A stretch of DNA of 64,000 nt from Takakia lepidozioides (Eukaryota > Plantae > Bryophyta), in contig CM060733.1 in NCBI GenBank assembly GCA_030704615.1, positions 4,960,001 to 5,024,000 on the forward strand. Reading direction: 5' to 3'. The position numbers were made by a program, and so were the translations under genes. Below are positions 41,736-53,032 of the stretch, piece by piece (the first letter of the stretch is position 1; each line of letters opens with the position of its first letter). The notes under the pieces were generated by a model. That model was not told the DNA's origin. It did no database searches and saw only the letters and a list, made by a program, of their open reading frames with translations.

Positions 41736-44072
41736 GTGACTCAGAGTTATGAGCTATGCAGGATGACATGGTTGAATCAGGCACACTGCTTTGAGTCCAG
41801 CATGACCACTGACTTTCAGAGAGGAGCACGAGGGGGAGTCAACAAGGACATGTCTGCTACTTGCAGGGACGTGATGACACTCTGTAAGGCAGGACAGATG
41901 AAAGAGGCGCTACACTTTTTGAACCAACGAGGTATTTTGGCAGATTCCAATACTTATGTCTGTCTCCTGCAGGAGTGCATCAAGATGAAAAGCCTAGCAG
42001 AAGGAAAGCAAGTGCATGCGCACATCATCGAAAGTGCATTCAAGCCAAATATCTTTTTACTCAACACCCTTGTGAACATGTATGCCAAGTGCGGGAGCTT
42101 GGTGGCTGCACGCAAAGTGTTTGACAAAATGCCTGAACATGATTTGTTCTCGTGGACTATAATGATAGCAGGCTATGCCAAGCATGGGTGTGGTAAGGAA
42201 GCTTTCAAAATCTACGAGGAAATGTTACGGGAAGGGGTGACACCCAGTAGGGTCACCTTCATTTGCATTCTCAATGCATGCGCCAGCCTGGGAGCCTTAA
42301 ACAAGGGCAAAGAGGTCCACTCTGATGTCATGAAAGCTGGAATCGCATCAGATATTGTGGTAGAGACTGCCCTGGCTAACATGTATGCCAAATGCGGGAG
42401 TATGAAGGATGCACGTCAAGTGTTTGACAATATATCTCGACGGGATGTGGTCTTATGGACTGCTATGATAGCAGGATATGCTCAGCAGGGGTGTGGTATG
42501 GAAGCATTCAAGATCTATGAGCAAATGAGGCAGGAAGGGGTGATACCAGATAGGGTCGCATTCATTTGCATTCTAAATGCATGTGCCAGCCTGGCAGACC
42601 TGGGCAAGGGCAAAGAGGTCCAAGCCGACATCATCAAACTAGGAATTGTATCAGATATCATTCTGGAGACTGCTCTTGTACAGATGTATTGCAAATGTGG
42701 AAGCTTGAAGGACGCACGTCAAGTGTTTGACAATATGGCTCGACGAGATGTGGTCGTATGGACCACAATGATAGCCGGGTATGCTCAGCATGGGTGTGGT
42801 AGGGAGGTTTTTGAGATCTATGAGCAAATGATGCAGGAAGGGGTGAGGCTGGACATGGTCACGCTGATTTGTGTTCTCAATGCGTGTGCCAGCCTGAGAG
42901 CACTGGAAAAGGGCAAAGAGGTCCATGCTGACATCAGCAAAGCTGGAATTGTCGTAGATGTCACTCTGGAGAATGCTGTTATTGACATGTATACCAAATG
43001 TGGGAGCATAAAAGATGCACGCCGGGTGTTCAATAATATGGCAGAACGAGATGTGGTATCATGGAATGTAATGATAGCAGGATACGGTCAATGTGGTTTT
43101 GGCATGGAGGCTTTGGAGATCTATGAGCACATGATACAGGAAGGGGTGATGCCAGACAGGGTCACTTTCACTTCCGTTCTCAATGCATGTGCCAGCATGG
43201 GAGCCCTGGAAAAGGGAAAAATGGTCCATGCTGATATCATCAAAGCTGGAATTGTAGGCGATATTATTCTGGAGAGTACGGTGGCTAACATGTATGCCAA
43301 ATGTGGGAGCATGAAGGATGCATGTCAAGTATTTGACAATATGGCTCAACGAGATGTGGTGTCATGGAATGCTATGATGGCAGGATATGCTCAGCAAGGG
43401 TGTGGTAGGGAGGCTTTGGAGATTTACGAGCAAATGATTCAGCAAGGCGTGTTGCCCGATAAGGTCACATTCATTTGCGTTCTCAATGCATGTGCCAGCC
43501 TGGCAGCCCTGGAAAAGGGCAAAGAGGTTCATGCTGACATCAGCAAAGCTGGGATTGCGCCAGATGTTGTTTTGGAGAATGCCCTCGTTGATATGTATGC
43601 AAAATGTGGGAGCATAAAGGATGCTCGTCAGGTGTTTGAAAATATAGCTCAGCGAGATGTAGTGTCATGGAGTACAATGATAACAGGATATGCTCAGCAT
43701 GGGAATGGTAGAGAGGCCCTCCAAGTATTTGAACAAATGCTACAGAAAGGCTTGAAGCCAAACAGCATTACCTTTATATGCCTTCTCTCTGCATGTAGTC
43801 ATGGGGGCCTAGTGGATGAAGGCTGTCACTACTTTGATTCCATGTGTCGAGATCATGGCCTCACCCCCACATTGGATCATTTTTGCTGCATAGTGGATCT
43901 CCTTGGCCGTGCGGGGCAATTGGATGAGGCAGAGGACTTTGTGAAGCAAATGCCCATGGAACCTGGTGCTGAGGTTTGGGGAGCCTTCCTTGGTGCCTGC
44001 AGAGTGCATGGTGATACACAACGAGCAGAACGTGCAGCAAAATGTCTTCTCAAGTCAGATCCAGATCCATAG
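41736..44072 (+). CDS. PLS-class pentatricopeptide repeat protein (about 20 P/L/S motifs plus E1), truncated before E2/DYW
   Basis: Regular triplets MYAKCGS..DAR.VF / DVVSWN.MIAGYAQ.G / TFICVLNACASL.AL.KGK.VH, terminal P2-L2-S2 (LLSACSHGGLVDEG, VDLLGRAG) and E1 (VWGAFLGACRVHG). The start codon is uncertain (first ATG at 41763 or an upstream exon). Confidence 0.93.
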   Translation: MTQSYELCRMTWLNQAHCFESSMTTDFQRGARGGVNKDMSATCRDVMTLCKAGQMKEALHFLNQRGILADSNTYVCLLQECIKMKSLAEGKQVHAHIIESAFKPNIFLLNTLVNMYAKCGSLVAARKVFDKMPEHDLFSWTIMIAGYAKHGCGKEAFKIYEEMLREGVTPSRVTFICILNACASLGALNKGKEVHSDVMKAGIASDIVVETALANMYAKCGSMKDARQVFDNISRRDVVLWTAMIAGYAQQGCGMEAFKIYEQMRQEGVIPDRVAFICILNACASLADLGKGKEVQADIIKLGIVSDIILETALVQMYCKCGSLKDARQVFDNMARRDVVVWTTMIAGYAQHGCGREVFEIYEQMMQEGVRLDMVTLICVLNACASLRALEKGKEVHADISKAGIVVDVTLENAVIDMYTKCGSIKDARRVFNNMAERDVVSWNVMIAGYGQCGFGMEALEIYEHMIQEGVMPDRVTFTSVLNACASMGALEKGKMVHADIIKAGIVGDIILESTVANMYAKCGSMKDACQVFDNMAQRDVVSWNAMMAGYAQQGCGREALEIYEQMIQQGVLPDKVTFICVLNACASLAALEKGKEVHADISKAGIAPDVVLENALVDMYAKCGSIKDARQVFENIAQRDVVSWSTMITGYAQHGNGREALQVFEQMLQKGLKPNSITFICLLSACSHGGLVDEGCHYFDSMCRDHGLTPTLDHFCCIVDLLGRAGQLDEAEDFVKQMPMEPGAEVWGAFLGACRVHGDTQRAERAAKCLLKSDPDP

Positions 44073-44362
44073 AGCATGCTTCCACTTGTGTTCTGCTATC
44101 CAGTATCTGTTCTTGGGCAGGTGGGATGAGTCAGAAAATTGGAGAGGTGTGTCGTAAAGGAGCTAGAACACTGTTGCATTGAGATCAACAAGTAGGTGCA
44201 AAGATTTGTAGAAATAGACAAATTGCATCCACAAAGGAGGAAATTGATGTTGAGCTGAAGACATTGTCTGCAGGGTCTGGAGGGTCTGCCACACATGATA
44301 TGGAGTAGATATAAGAAATTTCTCGTTCCCACCAAAGTTTAAAGCTGGCTGTTGCTTTTGAG
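44073..44362 (+). pseudogene. Eroded E2/E+/DYW N-terminal remnant of the PPR gene
   Basis: Across frameshifts and stops: HASTCVLLSSIC, GRWDE, KELEHCCIEINK*VQRFVEIDKLHPQ, EEIDVELKTLS, HDME*, SHQSLKLAVAFE. These correspond to YVLLSNIY, GRWD, KEPGCSWIE..VH.F...D..HP, LHD and HSEKLAVAFG. Confidence 0.85.
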
Positions 44363-44578
44363 GGAGACAACCATGTAGGCTTTCCCCTGAGCAACAATTC
44401 AACACACACATCAAGCATGTGGTGGGTACCACCTATTGACACAAAGAAAAAATAACATTTTGCAACAATGTAGTAAGAGCTACAAAGGATGGTTCTGTGG
44501 GTTGATTTGTCCAAGAATATCCATCAACAACAAAACATTTCTTTATATACATTCCTGCTCTCTCTGTAGATTAATATC

Positions 44579-47500
44579 TTAAGTGGGAAGAAGAACCCCC
44601 ATCATGAAATCCACAAGTTTACCTAGCCAAATAAGTACACCTAAGCACAGCATACCTGCCTGCATCATCGTCAACATTCCATACCGACATGCCTCATCCT
44701 TGCAACTGATAACTATTTCGACACTTTCTGCAATATCGCATACCCCCTCCAATTCTTGTACCTGCATTCATACCATGGAGACCATTCTTGACAGACATTC
44801 TCTCAATCTCAAGCAGATAAGATTTCTCGCCATCTCACACTATTGCAACTCCCAAGTTCACAAGCAGAGCAAGGGGTGCTGCCTCAGAGAAGTGGGGGAA
44901 AAACATTTGGGCAGAAGCCCCAACCATAGTTCAACTTGCAGTGTTGCCCTGGGTCAGTGCCTTGGCCAGTGATTAGGGAAGCCCAAGATTGAGCCTTGAG
45001 AACTGTTGGCTAAAATACATCTGCTTGGTGAACTAGAAGTACTTCCACAAGCAAGAATATGGTTACTAGAATAGTCTTTAATTAATGAAGAAAAAATGCT
45101 GTGGAGAGCCACTATGCTGTCTCCTGACCTTTCTTTAATGTAACTATCTTCAAATACCTTCATTGCTTCCAGTGGACTTGGACTTGGCTGCAACTGAGAA
45201 GCAACATAGACAGGAGCTAGGTATCATAGTCTCACTGACCTGGTCATTCAGTGTCTCTACCCTCTGTTCGGCAACACTTCGCAGCTTTTCTGCCTCCTTC
45301 AACTGGTCCACTAGCAAAAGCCGTTGCTGTTCTATGAAGTTTGTGATTCCATCAGTCTCCCCCGCCCATGGTAAAGTATACTGCTGCAAGGTCTGATTTA
45401 ATTCAGATATTTGAGCTTGATGCTGCAGTCGTTCCCGGTACTCTATTTCAAGCTTCAACTCCAACTCCTCCCGCAACCTTTGCTGCCTCTCCAACTGCTT
45501 AACTAAGAGATTGACTTGTTGACTGAGCTCCTTCAACTTTTCTCCCTGATCAGTGCATATGTGACAGAGCTCCTCCACCTGTCTGTCTGGTACAGATGTG
45601 CTCTCCTCTTCTTCCCAAAAGGTCCCTTGCAATCCGTCCACCTTCTGCTTCACTTCACTCATCTGACCTGCAAAGCAAACAGTCACTGCATATCAAGCGC
45701 TGCGTCGAGGAAGAATTGCTCCTCCCTCTATTAAAACACAGAACGAGAAAGCCAGATGAATTTAAAGGCAGCCTCTTGTTATACCTACCAGAAGAATCGA
45801 TTACAGACCAAGTTTTCAGCCGCTTGCTTCACACATGCTGTTGTTCAGCATAGATGAATACTAAATGTATTACTAGCCAGAGACACAAATTGCACACTGA
45901 ATTTATGCCACTACAAGTTTTAGGTGCCTCATTCTCAGTTCAGCCAAATGTTTATCAAGTCCCAGAGCAATTTGAAGATGAACTTGCTTGATCCCTCTGT
46001 GTCTCACTGCCTCTGCGTTACCCCCCACAAATCCTCCTGGTCCCCAACCTTTCTGTGCAGTTCCACAGGACTTGCTACTTCTGAGAATAATGCCGTAACC
46101 AACCACTGGGGTTAGATCTACACCATAGATATTTACCAGAAAACATGTGAAGGGTCTCCTGGGACAGTACCAAAGAAACGTCTGCTTCAGAACATTCACT
46201 GGTAACTGGTTTGAGTTAACCCTAATCAGGTAGACTTACTCGGTGTAAAATGACCCAGACAGTGACTCAGTTACAGCTCTAGTAAGAGCAGCCAATCCTC
46301 ATACAGAGTAGAATCAAAGTGCAGGCTTAGGTCCTCACTTTCTGGTGGGCTTTCTTCCAGTCTGCCAGCTCCATCACCAACTTGATGTACCTCCAGAGGA
46401 GAAAGATTTTCCCCATTGCATGATGGAGAAATCACCTCTATCAGCTGGCTTTCTTCTTCACAACACCATGTCTGATCCTGTTCTAAATCTAGAGTACTGT
46501 CTGTGCCAGCATCCTTCATTGCCCACACCCCTGCAATCCCCATGTCCGCACCAAGTGTTTATCATATTTCCAAACGACAAGATATTTTGTGCTGAAGCTC
46601 ACCCCCTCACTCAATTAGAACAACGCCACATGTGTCAAAGCTCCATTCAATAGAGGATTCCACTAACATTGCTGGGTTCAACACCATGTACTGTAACATG
46701 CTAGCAATGCTAGTCAGTATCTGTAACTAACTTGTTGTTGGCTAGGTCTACAGCGGGGTTCCATACCCTGGCATTTTATAACCCCATGACCACCTCCATG
46801 GAATTAGATGCAATACATTTTCATATCTTAGAAAGTATACAGGAGGCTGTTAGTGAATGTAACATCTCTTGCATAGGAACATGTGTGTATGTCTGGAGGT
46901 TAGTCCAGGATATCAGAGTCCACATTACCTTGTCCATCCTCATCACGTGCCTTTTGTGTTTGAGCCAACACCTGTGCAGAGCTCGATTCATGCTCCTTCA
47001 CTTTCTGTAGCTGCACAGTGGTTTGCTCTGCCTCTTGTCTCTGACCCTCTCCTACATTGGGCTGGCCACTTGTAGCTGCCTCCGATTGATTGCTGCTACT
47101 GTGTCCACTCAAAGTCCTGTCAGTCCCTGCTGTACTTGCAACTTCATTTTCCTCTTCAACTAATGTGGTGGATTCAGGTTCTAGCTGGCTTTCCCCCTCC
47201 GACACAATTGTATAGTACGAGGTGGCGACAGATTGAGATGAAGTGACGTCAGATTCAGCAGTTCCAAAGTCGAGGCGCTTTGCAGCTTTTGCAAAGGAGT
47301 TTCGCCTCTGGTGTTCTTCAACAAAGGCTTCTGAAGCAGTTTCTGAATGTGTACTTGTTGACAGAGATGATTGACCACCACCTGCACATTGGGCATTCAT
47401 CCTCAGTAAGCAATTTCCAACGAGTCAATGCTGCTGCAGTTATCAGAGGAAATGGCCTAACTAGGCAACCATCTCTTTTTGGGCATTCTACAGCTAATAT

Positions 47501-49953
47501 CCAGTTGGTTTCTTCATTTCTTTCTCTCTTCCCTCTTCAGGACCATCAACAACATAGTCCCTGCACCTCTGTTCACCAACTTTCAAAATCTCGAGGCTGA
47601 GCCTAAAACCCAGGCCCTATTGGGCTCTAATCGCTGGGCAGCTCACACACAGCAGATTGATGCTTGTGTGAAAGGTTTTCTAGAGGAAATCTGGAAAGGC
47701 CAAACCAATTGTTTATACCAAGGTAAGTCCCACTCCTGGAGTGAGCCCCTCACAAAGGTAGCATCTGTTCCCTATAAGTCTATGACAAGCCAGAATAAAG
47801 CACAGGTCGCAAACGGGGACATCATGGAAAGTTATGGCAGTTTCCTACCAAGGTTCACACCTGACTGGACACACGTTATGCAAGGTGTACAGCAGCAATG
47901 CAAGCAATTAATGAGATCTCATTAAAGTACTCAGTACATTCTCTCTGTACAAATCAGAAAACCAATAATGCTGCCAAACTGATCAGAATGTCCAGTGCCG
48001 CTGCCTTACTTCAAGAGATCTGCTACATCTCGTTTTCTTTGTCCGATTGGATTATGCAGGACTACTCTTCACTTGTTGAGACAGCACCTGAATCAGACCA
48101 TAGTCTAGTGCTGGTGACACTACCCTTGTCTTCATGATGATGAAAGGCAAGGTTAGGATTCTAGAATGCTAACTGGCCTCTGATCACTCAGACCTCTCCT
48201 GCTTGTATCTTTCCAGGAAGTGAGAAGCATGCATCAAATATGGAAGTGAATTTGGATACCAATGTAATCTCTGATCTAACACAAAACGAGGATGCGAAAT
48301 GGTGGTAGCATTGTGCCTCTTTGTACTAGAAATGGACCTTCAAGGCTGCACTGCACCACTCTAGCACAAGTTACATCAATCCAGCTCTGGTGATCAAGGT
48401 TTCCATGTACCACCGCACCTGTGGATGGCCTATGCTCGTGGTTATCTTCCAAAGACTTCATGACAGATTCAGGGCTTGAATTGGCTTGACGGAGAGTTCC
48501 ACCAGACTTACTCGACCTGCGACGAACAATGCGGCGTGAAGCCTTTTCAGCATCTGTATGCCTGGCAAGATGTGCCACTGATTCCAGCAAAACTAGTTTC
48601 TCTTTAGCCTCTCTTTCCAGCTTCTCCTTCTCTCCTTGCAAGCGATCAAGCTCAGCCAACACCAACTTTTTATGCCGCTTCCGAGACTTGGGAGTGTCCT
48701 TGGTTTCATATCGCATTGAGTCCACCATACTCTCAATATTGAGGACATCCGTTGCAAACAACCCCTCCCTTTCCACTGATTCCATGCCTTCTGTAACAGT
48801 CCTGCTCTTTTTACCAGGTGGTCTATGGTGAACCCTTCCCTCTGTACCTGTATCTGCATGCTCTTTATCCAACAAAAGAGTGCCTGGGTTGCTCAGGTCC
48901 TGGCAGAGTTGTTTGAGGCGTACCATATCAGCAGAAAGTGACTGCATTTCTAGCTCTACAGCAGCACTTTGCTGCAGTGATTCTTCCATCTCGGAAGCTT
49001 CAAGAGCCCTTTCTTCTTCCTCTATCTCCTGGTACAAGTTTTGTTGCTCCGCCATGTGTAATTCCAATCTCTGTGTCTTCTCCTCTAGAACTGCCTTCTC
49101 CTGTTCAGCAAGGCCTTGTATCCGTGAGAGCTCCTGCTGCAAATTGTCTTGGGCCCCATGCACAGCTCCATTTGCAGCAGGCTCAGAAGTCTTGGAACAG
49201 TTCTGCAAATTTTGAAGTTCCAGATGAGAAAGGAAACACAAAAACAATTTCTAAGTCGGTATTCGTTAGCTGATCACTATTTCTCGAGGGCTCTGAGGTG
49301 GGAAGGCACCTAGGAGACATGCAGCCATCTTTTCACGCATCGGATGTGAGCAACACATTCAGAAAAAAAATGAAACATTCCACCCGAACTACTTCTACCT
49401 GCTGACCCTGCCGTTTCTCGAGGGCCGGCCACCCATCTCCAGGATTCGACCTTTGCAATTCTCCGGGCGCATCACCATGAACTTCACCACCGTCAACGCA
49501 CTCTCCAGATTCATCATCTCTCTCCACGTTACCATTGGGTTCATCAGTCACCTGCCCGCCCTCGGCACCCTCTAATATCCCCTGCGCACTGGTAACCCTG
49601 CTGCTTGAACCTTCCAAGTCCCCATTACCGTCCCCAATACTTTCCACAGTGGGCGATCTTTCCTCAGGTAGATCATCACTACCGACCTCCCCCGCCTGCT
49701 GAGTTTTACCATACGTCCATGTCTTTCCATGTACACTGCCATTCAGCTCCCGTAACAGATCAGCTTCTAGGAGCGCGAGCTTCTCCACCCGCTGCCTCAT
49801 TTCTTGGCACTCAGATTGCAGACGCTTGCCATCGTTGTCTCGTTGTTTGGCCTGCTCCCGAGCTGCCTGAATTTCCTGGTACCTTTGCTCTCGGATCCAT
49901 CGCGCAGAGGACATTTCCCTTGTGCTGCCACTAGAGTGCAGTGGATCCGCCAT
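44579..49953 (-). CDS. Long coiled-coil/disordered protein with C-terminal transmembrane segment and LLPT terminus; candidate plant KASH protein
   Basis: Exons include ~49953-49399, 49202-~48374, ~47470-46900, ~46590-46300, 45667-45240 and 44761-44579. The last junction NDQ|VQE is phase 0 with GT at 45239 and AG at 44763-44762. It has E/Q/K/L-rich heptad segments and ends YGMLTMMQAGMLCLGVLIWLGKLVDFMMGVLLPT*. Internal exon boundaries are uncertain. Confidence 0.72.
47541..47772 (+). mobile_element. RTE-X-like LINE 3' fragment in an intron of the coiled-coil gene
   Basis: [42 protein letters not shown] matches the copies at 11.6 kb and 24.6 kb. Confidence 0.85.
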
Positions 49954-50857
49954 AGCCTGACGCTACACGCCCTTATGTCTCTCTCCGTCTCCCCCCTGCT
50001 CACAGATGCACAGAAACCGCACAATTGCCCGATCAAGGACTAATTTCCATGGGCCAGAATCCTATCTCCCATCAGCTTCTCATTTCGTTGTCCCACTGTA
50101 CGACATACAGAAATAATGCATTCTGCATAAAAATGTGCCATCTTGGATCTTGCACCTTCCTCTCACCCATATTGCAAGATGCGTCTCCCCCTCCTCCTGT
50201 CTGAAGTCTACCCACCAAGAGGCCAGCGTCCGTCATATTACAGCTCCAAAAAGCTTTCTAACCCTGCACTCTGGCAATTCCGACTTAGCCTCCTCCCTCA
50301 GTGATCTCCTTCACCATTGCAACACTAAGCTCGCTAACAACAGCGCTCAAATTACTGAAAGAGTCAAACAAATCCTCTTAGAAGACCAAGGACAGACTGA
50401 ACATCAGTAACAGAAGGCCACTTGAACAACCAATTTCTTCACCTAAAAGATGCACTTCCACAATGATCCCTCCATTTCCAAAGATAGTTCTTAGAATCTC
50501 CCGAGCATCCACCCTCTCCGTGTCTCTCCTTGCTTGGTTCACAGCCTCAATTCTTCGCGCAAAAAACTAGGTTTCAACAAGCACACTACTAGGAGTTCCA
50601 CATGATTTCGGGTTTCTCCAGGATGCTTGCGAGGAGCCATAGTGTTGGCAGATCTAAGTTAGAGGACTCAGAGTGCAGCGCTCTCAGATCACACTCCCTC
50701 AGCTCAAGAAACCTTCTTCACGCCCACGGGAACTATGGGATCATGTCATCGAACATGTTCTCACGTGCTCCTGCCTTCGAGAGCGAGTGCTGCTTTCAGG
50801 ACACGAGCTAACTCTGTCAGATTCTGCCGCGTGGCAGATCTCTGACACGCATCCTGG

Positions 50858-50905
50858 CTTTATAGGGGCTGAGAATAGATGTGGAGCTGCCGGACGCCAC
50901 GTGGG
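50858..50905 (-). promoter_or_regulatory. Putative core promoter of the coiled-coil gene: G-box/ABRE plus TATA
   Basis: Minus strand CCCACGTGGC (50905-50896) followed ~30 bp later by TATAAAG (50864-50858). Confidence 0.45.
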
Positions 50906-51214
50906 CCAATAAGTAAGTCATTGGTTTTTTCCCGTGATTTTAATTTTTTTATTTTAAAAACAAAATTCGCCAAAAAAACCAAAACAAAAACAAAATCGGA
51001 ACACAATAGGAATAATGTAAGAACTTAATGGTCGCGTGTGATCTGACGGTACTTTCGCCGGATCCCAGGCGGGGCCCCTGTCAAATCCACCCCACCCTCA
51101 CTTACCTCGGTTTCACTATTAAATATTTAAGAATCCAAGTGGGTTGTAAGCTGTGGTGGGTAGCGTGATGGTAAGGTGAGATGGGAAGGTGATAGCAGTG
51201 AAGGTGGCGAGGTT

Positions 51215-51440
51215 CAAGGTTAGTGTAACCCTCTGTAACCCCGGTTTCTCATGTAACTCTGGTTAGTCCATTTTTATACTTAGCCAAATTTGGACTTGGT
51301 CAAATTTTTCCAGCCAAGTGTGAGTTACACCGAGTGGAGTTACACCGAGTGGAGTTACACACCTTGTCGTGTAACCCAATGTAACCCCAAGTGGAGTTAC
51401 ACACCTCGTTGTGTAACCCGGACTGGTGTTTACACTCCTT
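51215..51440. repeat. Cluster of TGTAAC/GTTACA motifs with 15-bp tandem unit GAGTTACACCGAGTG (probable non-autonomous DNA-transposon remnant)
   Basis: Motif repeated about ten times in both orientations. Confidence 0.7.
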
Positions 51441-52233
51441 AAGTTCCATGTCACTCTCAAGAGAGGGTGGGGAAGATTTGACATGCCCGAAATCAGCGTA
51501 CCATCCTGTCAGAGGTTGCACGTGTTAAGTTCTTACATTATTCCTATTATCTTCCTTTTTTTTCTATCTAGACTATGGATGAGGATAATTATTCATCTAT
51601 TTCATGATGTTCGGGAGACGGTTTCACACAGCCCGGAAACGGCATTGAAGAGGAAGGAAGTTCCAGGGATCCGGAATGCGTGCACCCCGGTGTGGATGAG
51701 ACGGTTCATCTGTGAAATACGTCGGATGAACTATAATGGTGTGGGAATGGTCGTATGTATGAGGATGTGGGCATGGGGCGTATGTATGTATGTATGTAAG
51801 TGTATGGGTGTGCAGTGTGCACCAATGGGGATCCAAAGTGTAGCCACCTTATCTTATCCTGCTGAAGATAGTTTCGCCACCAGCCAGGGTTTCGCCACTA
51901 ATTCACAAACTATTTTTGCAGAGGTAAGACTCTCTTACCCATGAAGAATATACCCGAGATATAGAATGTTATCTGACAAATCATCCGTGAGGGAGATGAT
52001 AATTCTTTTTTCATCTATAATCAGACCTTGTGTAACTTTGTAGAGGAAGGGCGAAATTTATCATCCATCCATCTCCTGTACTAAGATGTAGTGCGGATGA
52101 GAGCGTAATTACTGAGCGGTGAATACATGGCGATGGTGGCGAGAGGAAGCAGGTGAAGAGGCCTTCTTGAGGGGTGGCTTGTCTCGCTGCTCGCAATCGC
52201 AAGCTTCCATTGTTGTTGTGCGAGCTCGCAGCT

Positions 52234-53032
52234 ATGGCGTCACTCACAGTTTCCTCAAGCATTCTGGCCTCTGCTTCTTCGTTGGTGGGAACTCGTGTGG
52301 CTGCGCCGTCTCACCATGCCGCTGTCTCTGTCAAGGTGAGTTGTCTGTAGCCATGTCAATACTGGATGTGGACTACCCTGAAGAGGAACTCGCTCGAACA
52401 GTCATGGGAAGTTGTGGTGATCTTCACAGTCGTGTGGTGTTGGGCTTTTCAATTGGCGTTTGTTATGAGAAAATCAGTTCTTTACATTGATTGTGTGACT
52501 CAGAGTCTCAGACAGTTGCTCTGAAGCTGGAGGAGAAAGTCTTTCTGCATTATTTGAATGTGGACAGCTGGGTTGTATGCTGTCTCTGATTGTTAGCACT
52601 TGTCTCCTTTTTTTGAATTTGATCAACACCGTGGGGTTGCTTCAAAAATCATTGTAATTAGGTGTCAAGACTGAACATTTCCCAAAATATGAGTCTCGGA
52701 TTAACCCCCAAATGTCCCTTCCTGCATCCCCTTCTTATGCCATCCGTCCGACTGGCAAGGTACTGTCAGATGTTTTCCACTCCCAGGTTTTGAAGTTATT
52801 GCAATGGCTCTTGCAGATGGCTCCTGTGAGGTGCCAAGCAAAAACAGACGCTGAAGTTTTGCAGCGACGGGCTGTGATGGCTGCCGCCGTGGCCTCTGTG
52901 TTGACATTGGCTTCACCTGCTTTAGCCTTTGAAAGCTATTATGAAGGTTTGAAGAAGGGGTCCAAGGAAGCCAAAAAGAAGTATGCGAACATTTGTGTCT
53001 CCCAAACCCAAGCTTACATCTGCCACGGTTGA
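52234..53032 (+). CDS. PSBTN: Photosystem II 5 kDa lumenal protein, nuclear-encoded (2 exons: 52234-52335, 52817-53032)
   Basis: Ser/Ala-rich transit peptide MASLTVSSS, twin-Arg signal QRRAVMAAAVASVLTLASPALA, and mature KKGSKEAKKKYANICVSQTQAYIC with two Cys. Confidence 0.92.

Noticed and set aside
42651-43761. Repetitive antisense ORFs over the PPR gene
   Set aside because: Shadows of the repetitive sense CDS.
51320-51420. Short regular repeats resembling a CRISPR array
   Set aside because: No unique spacers, no cas genes, and a eukaryotic context.
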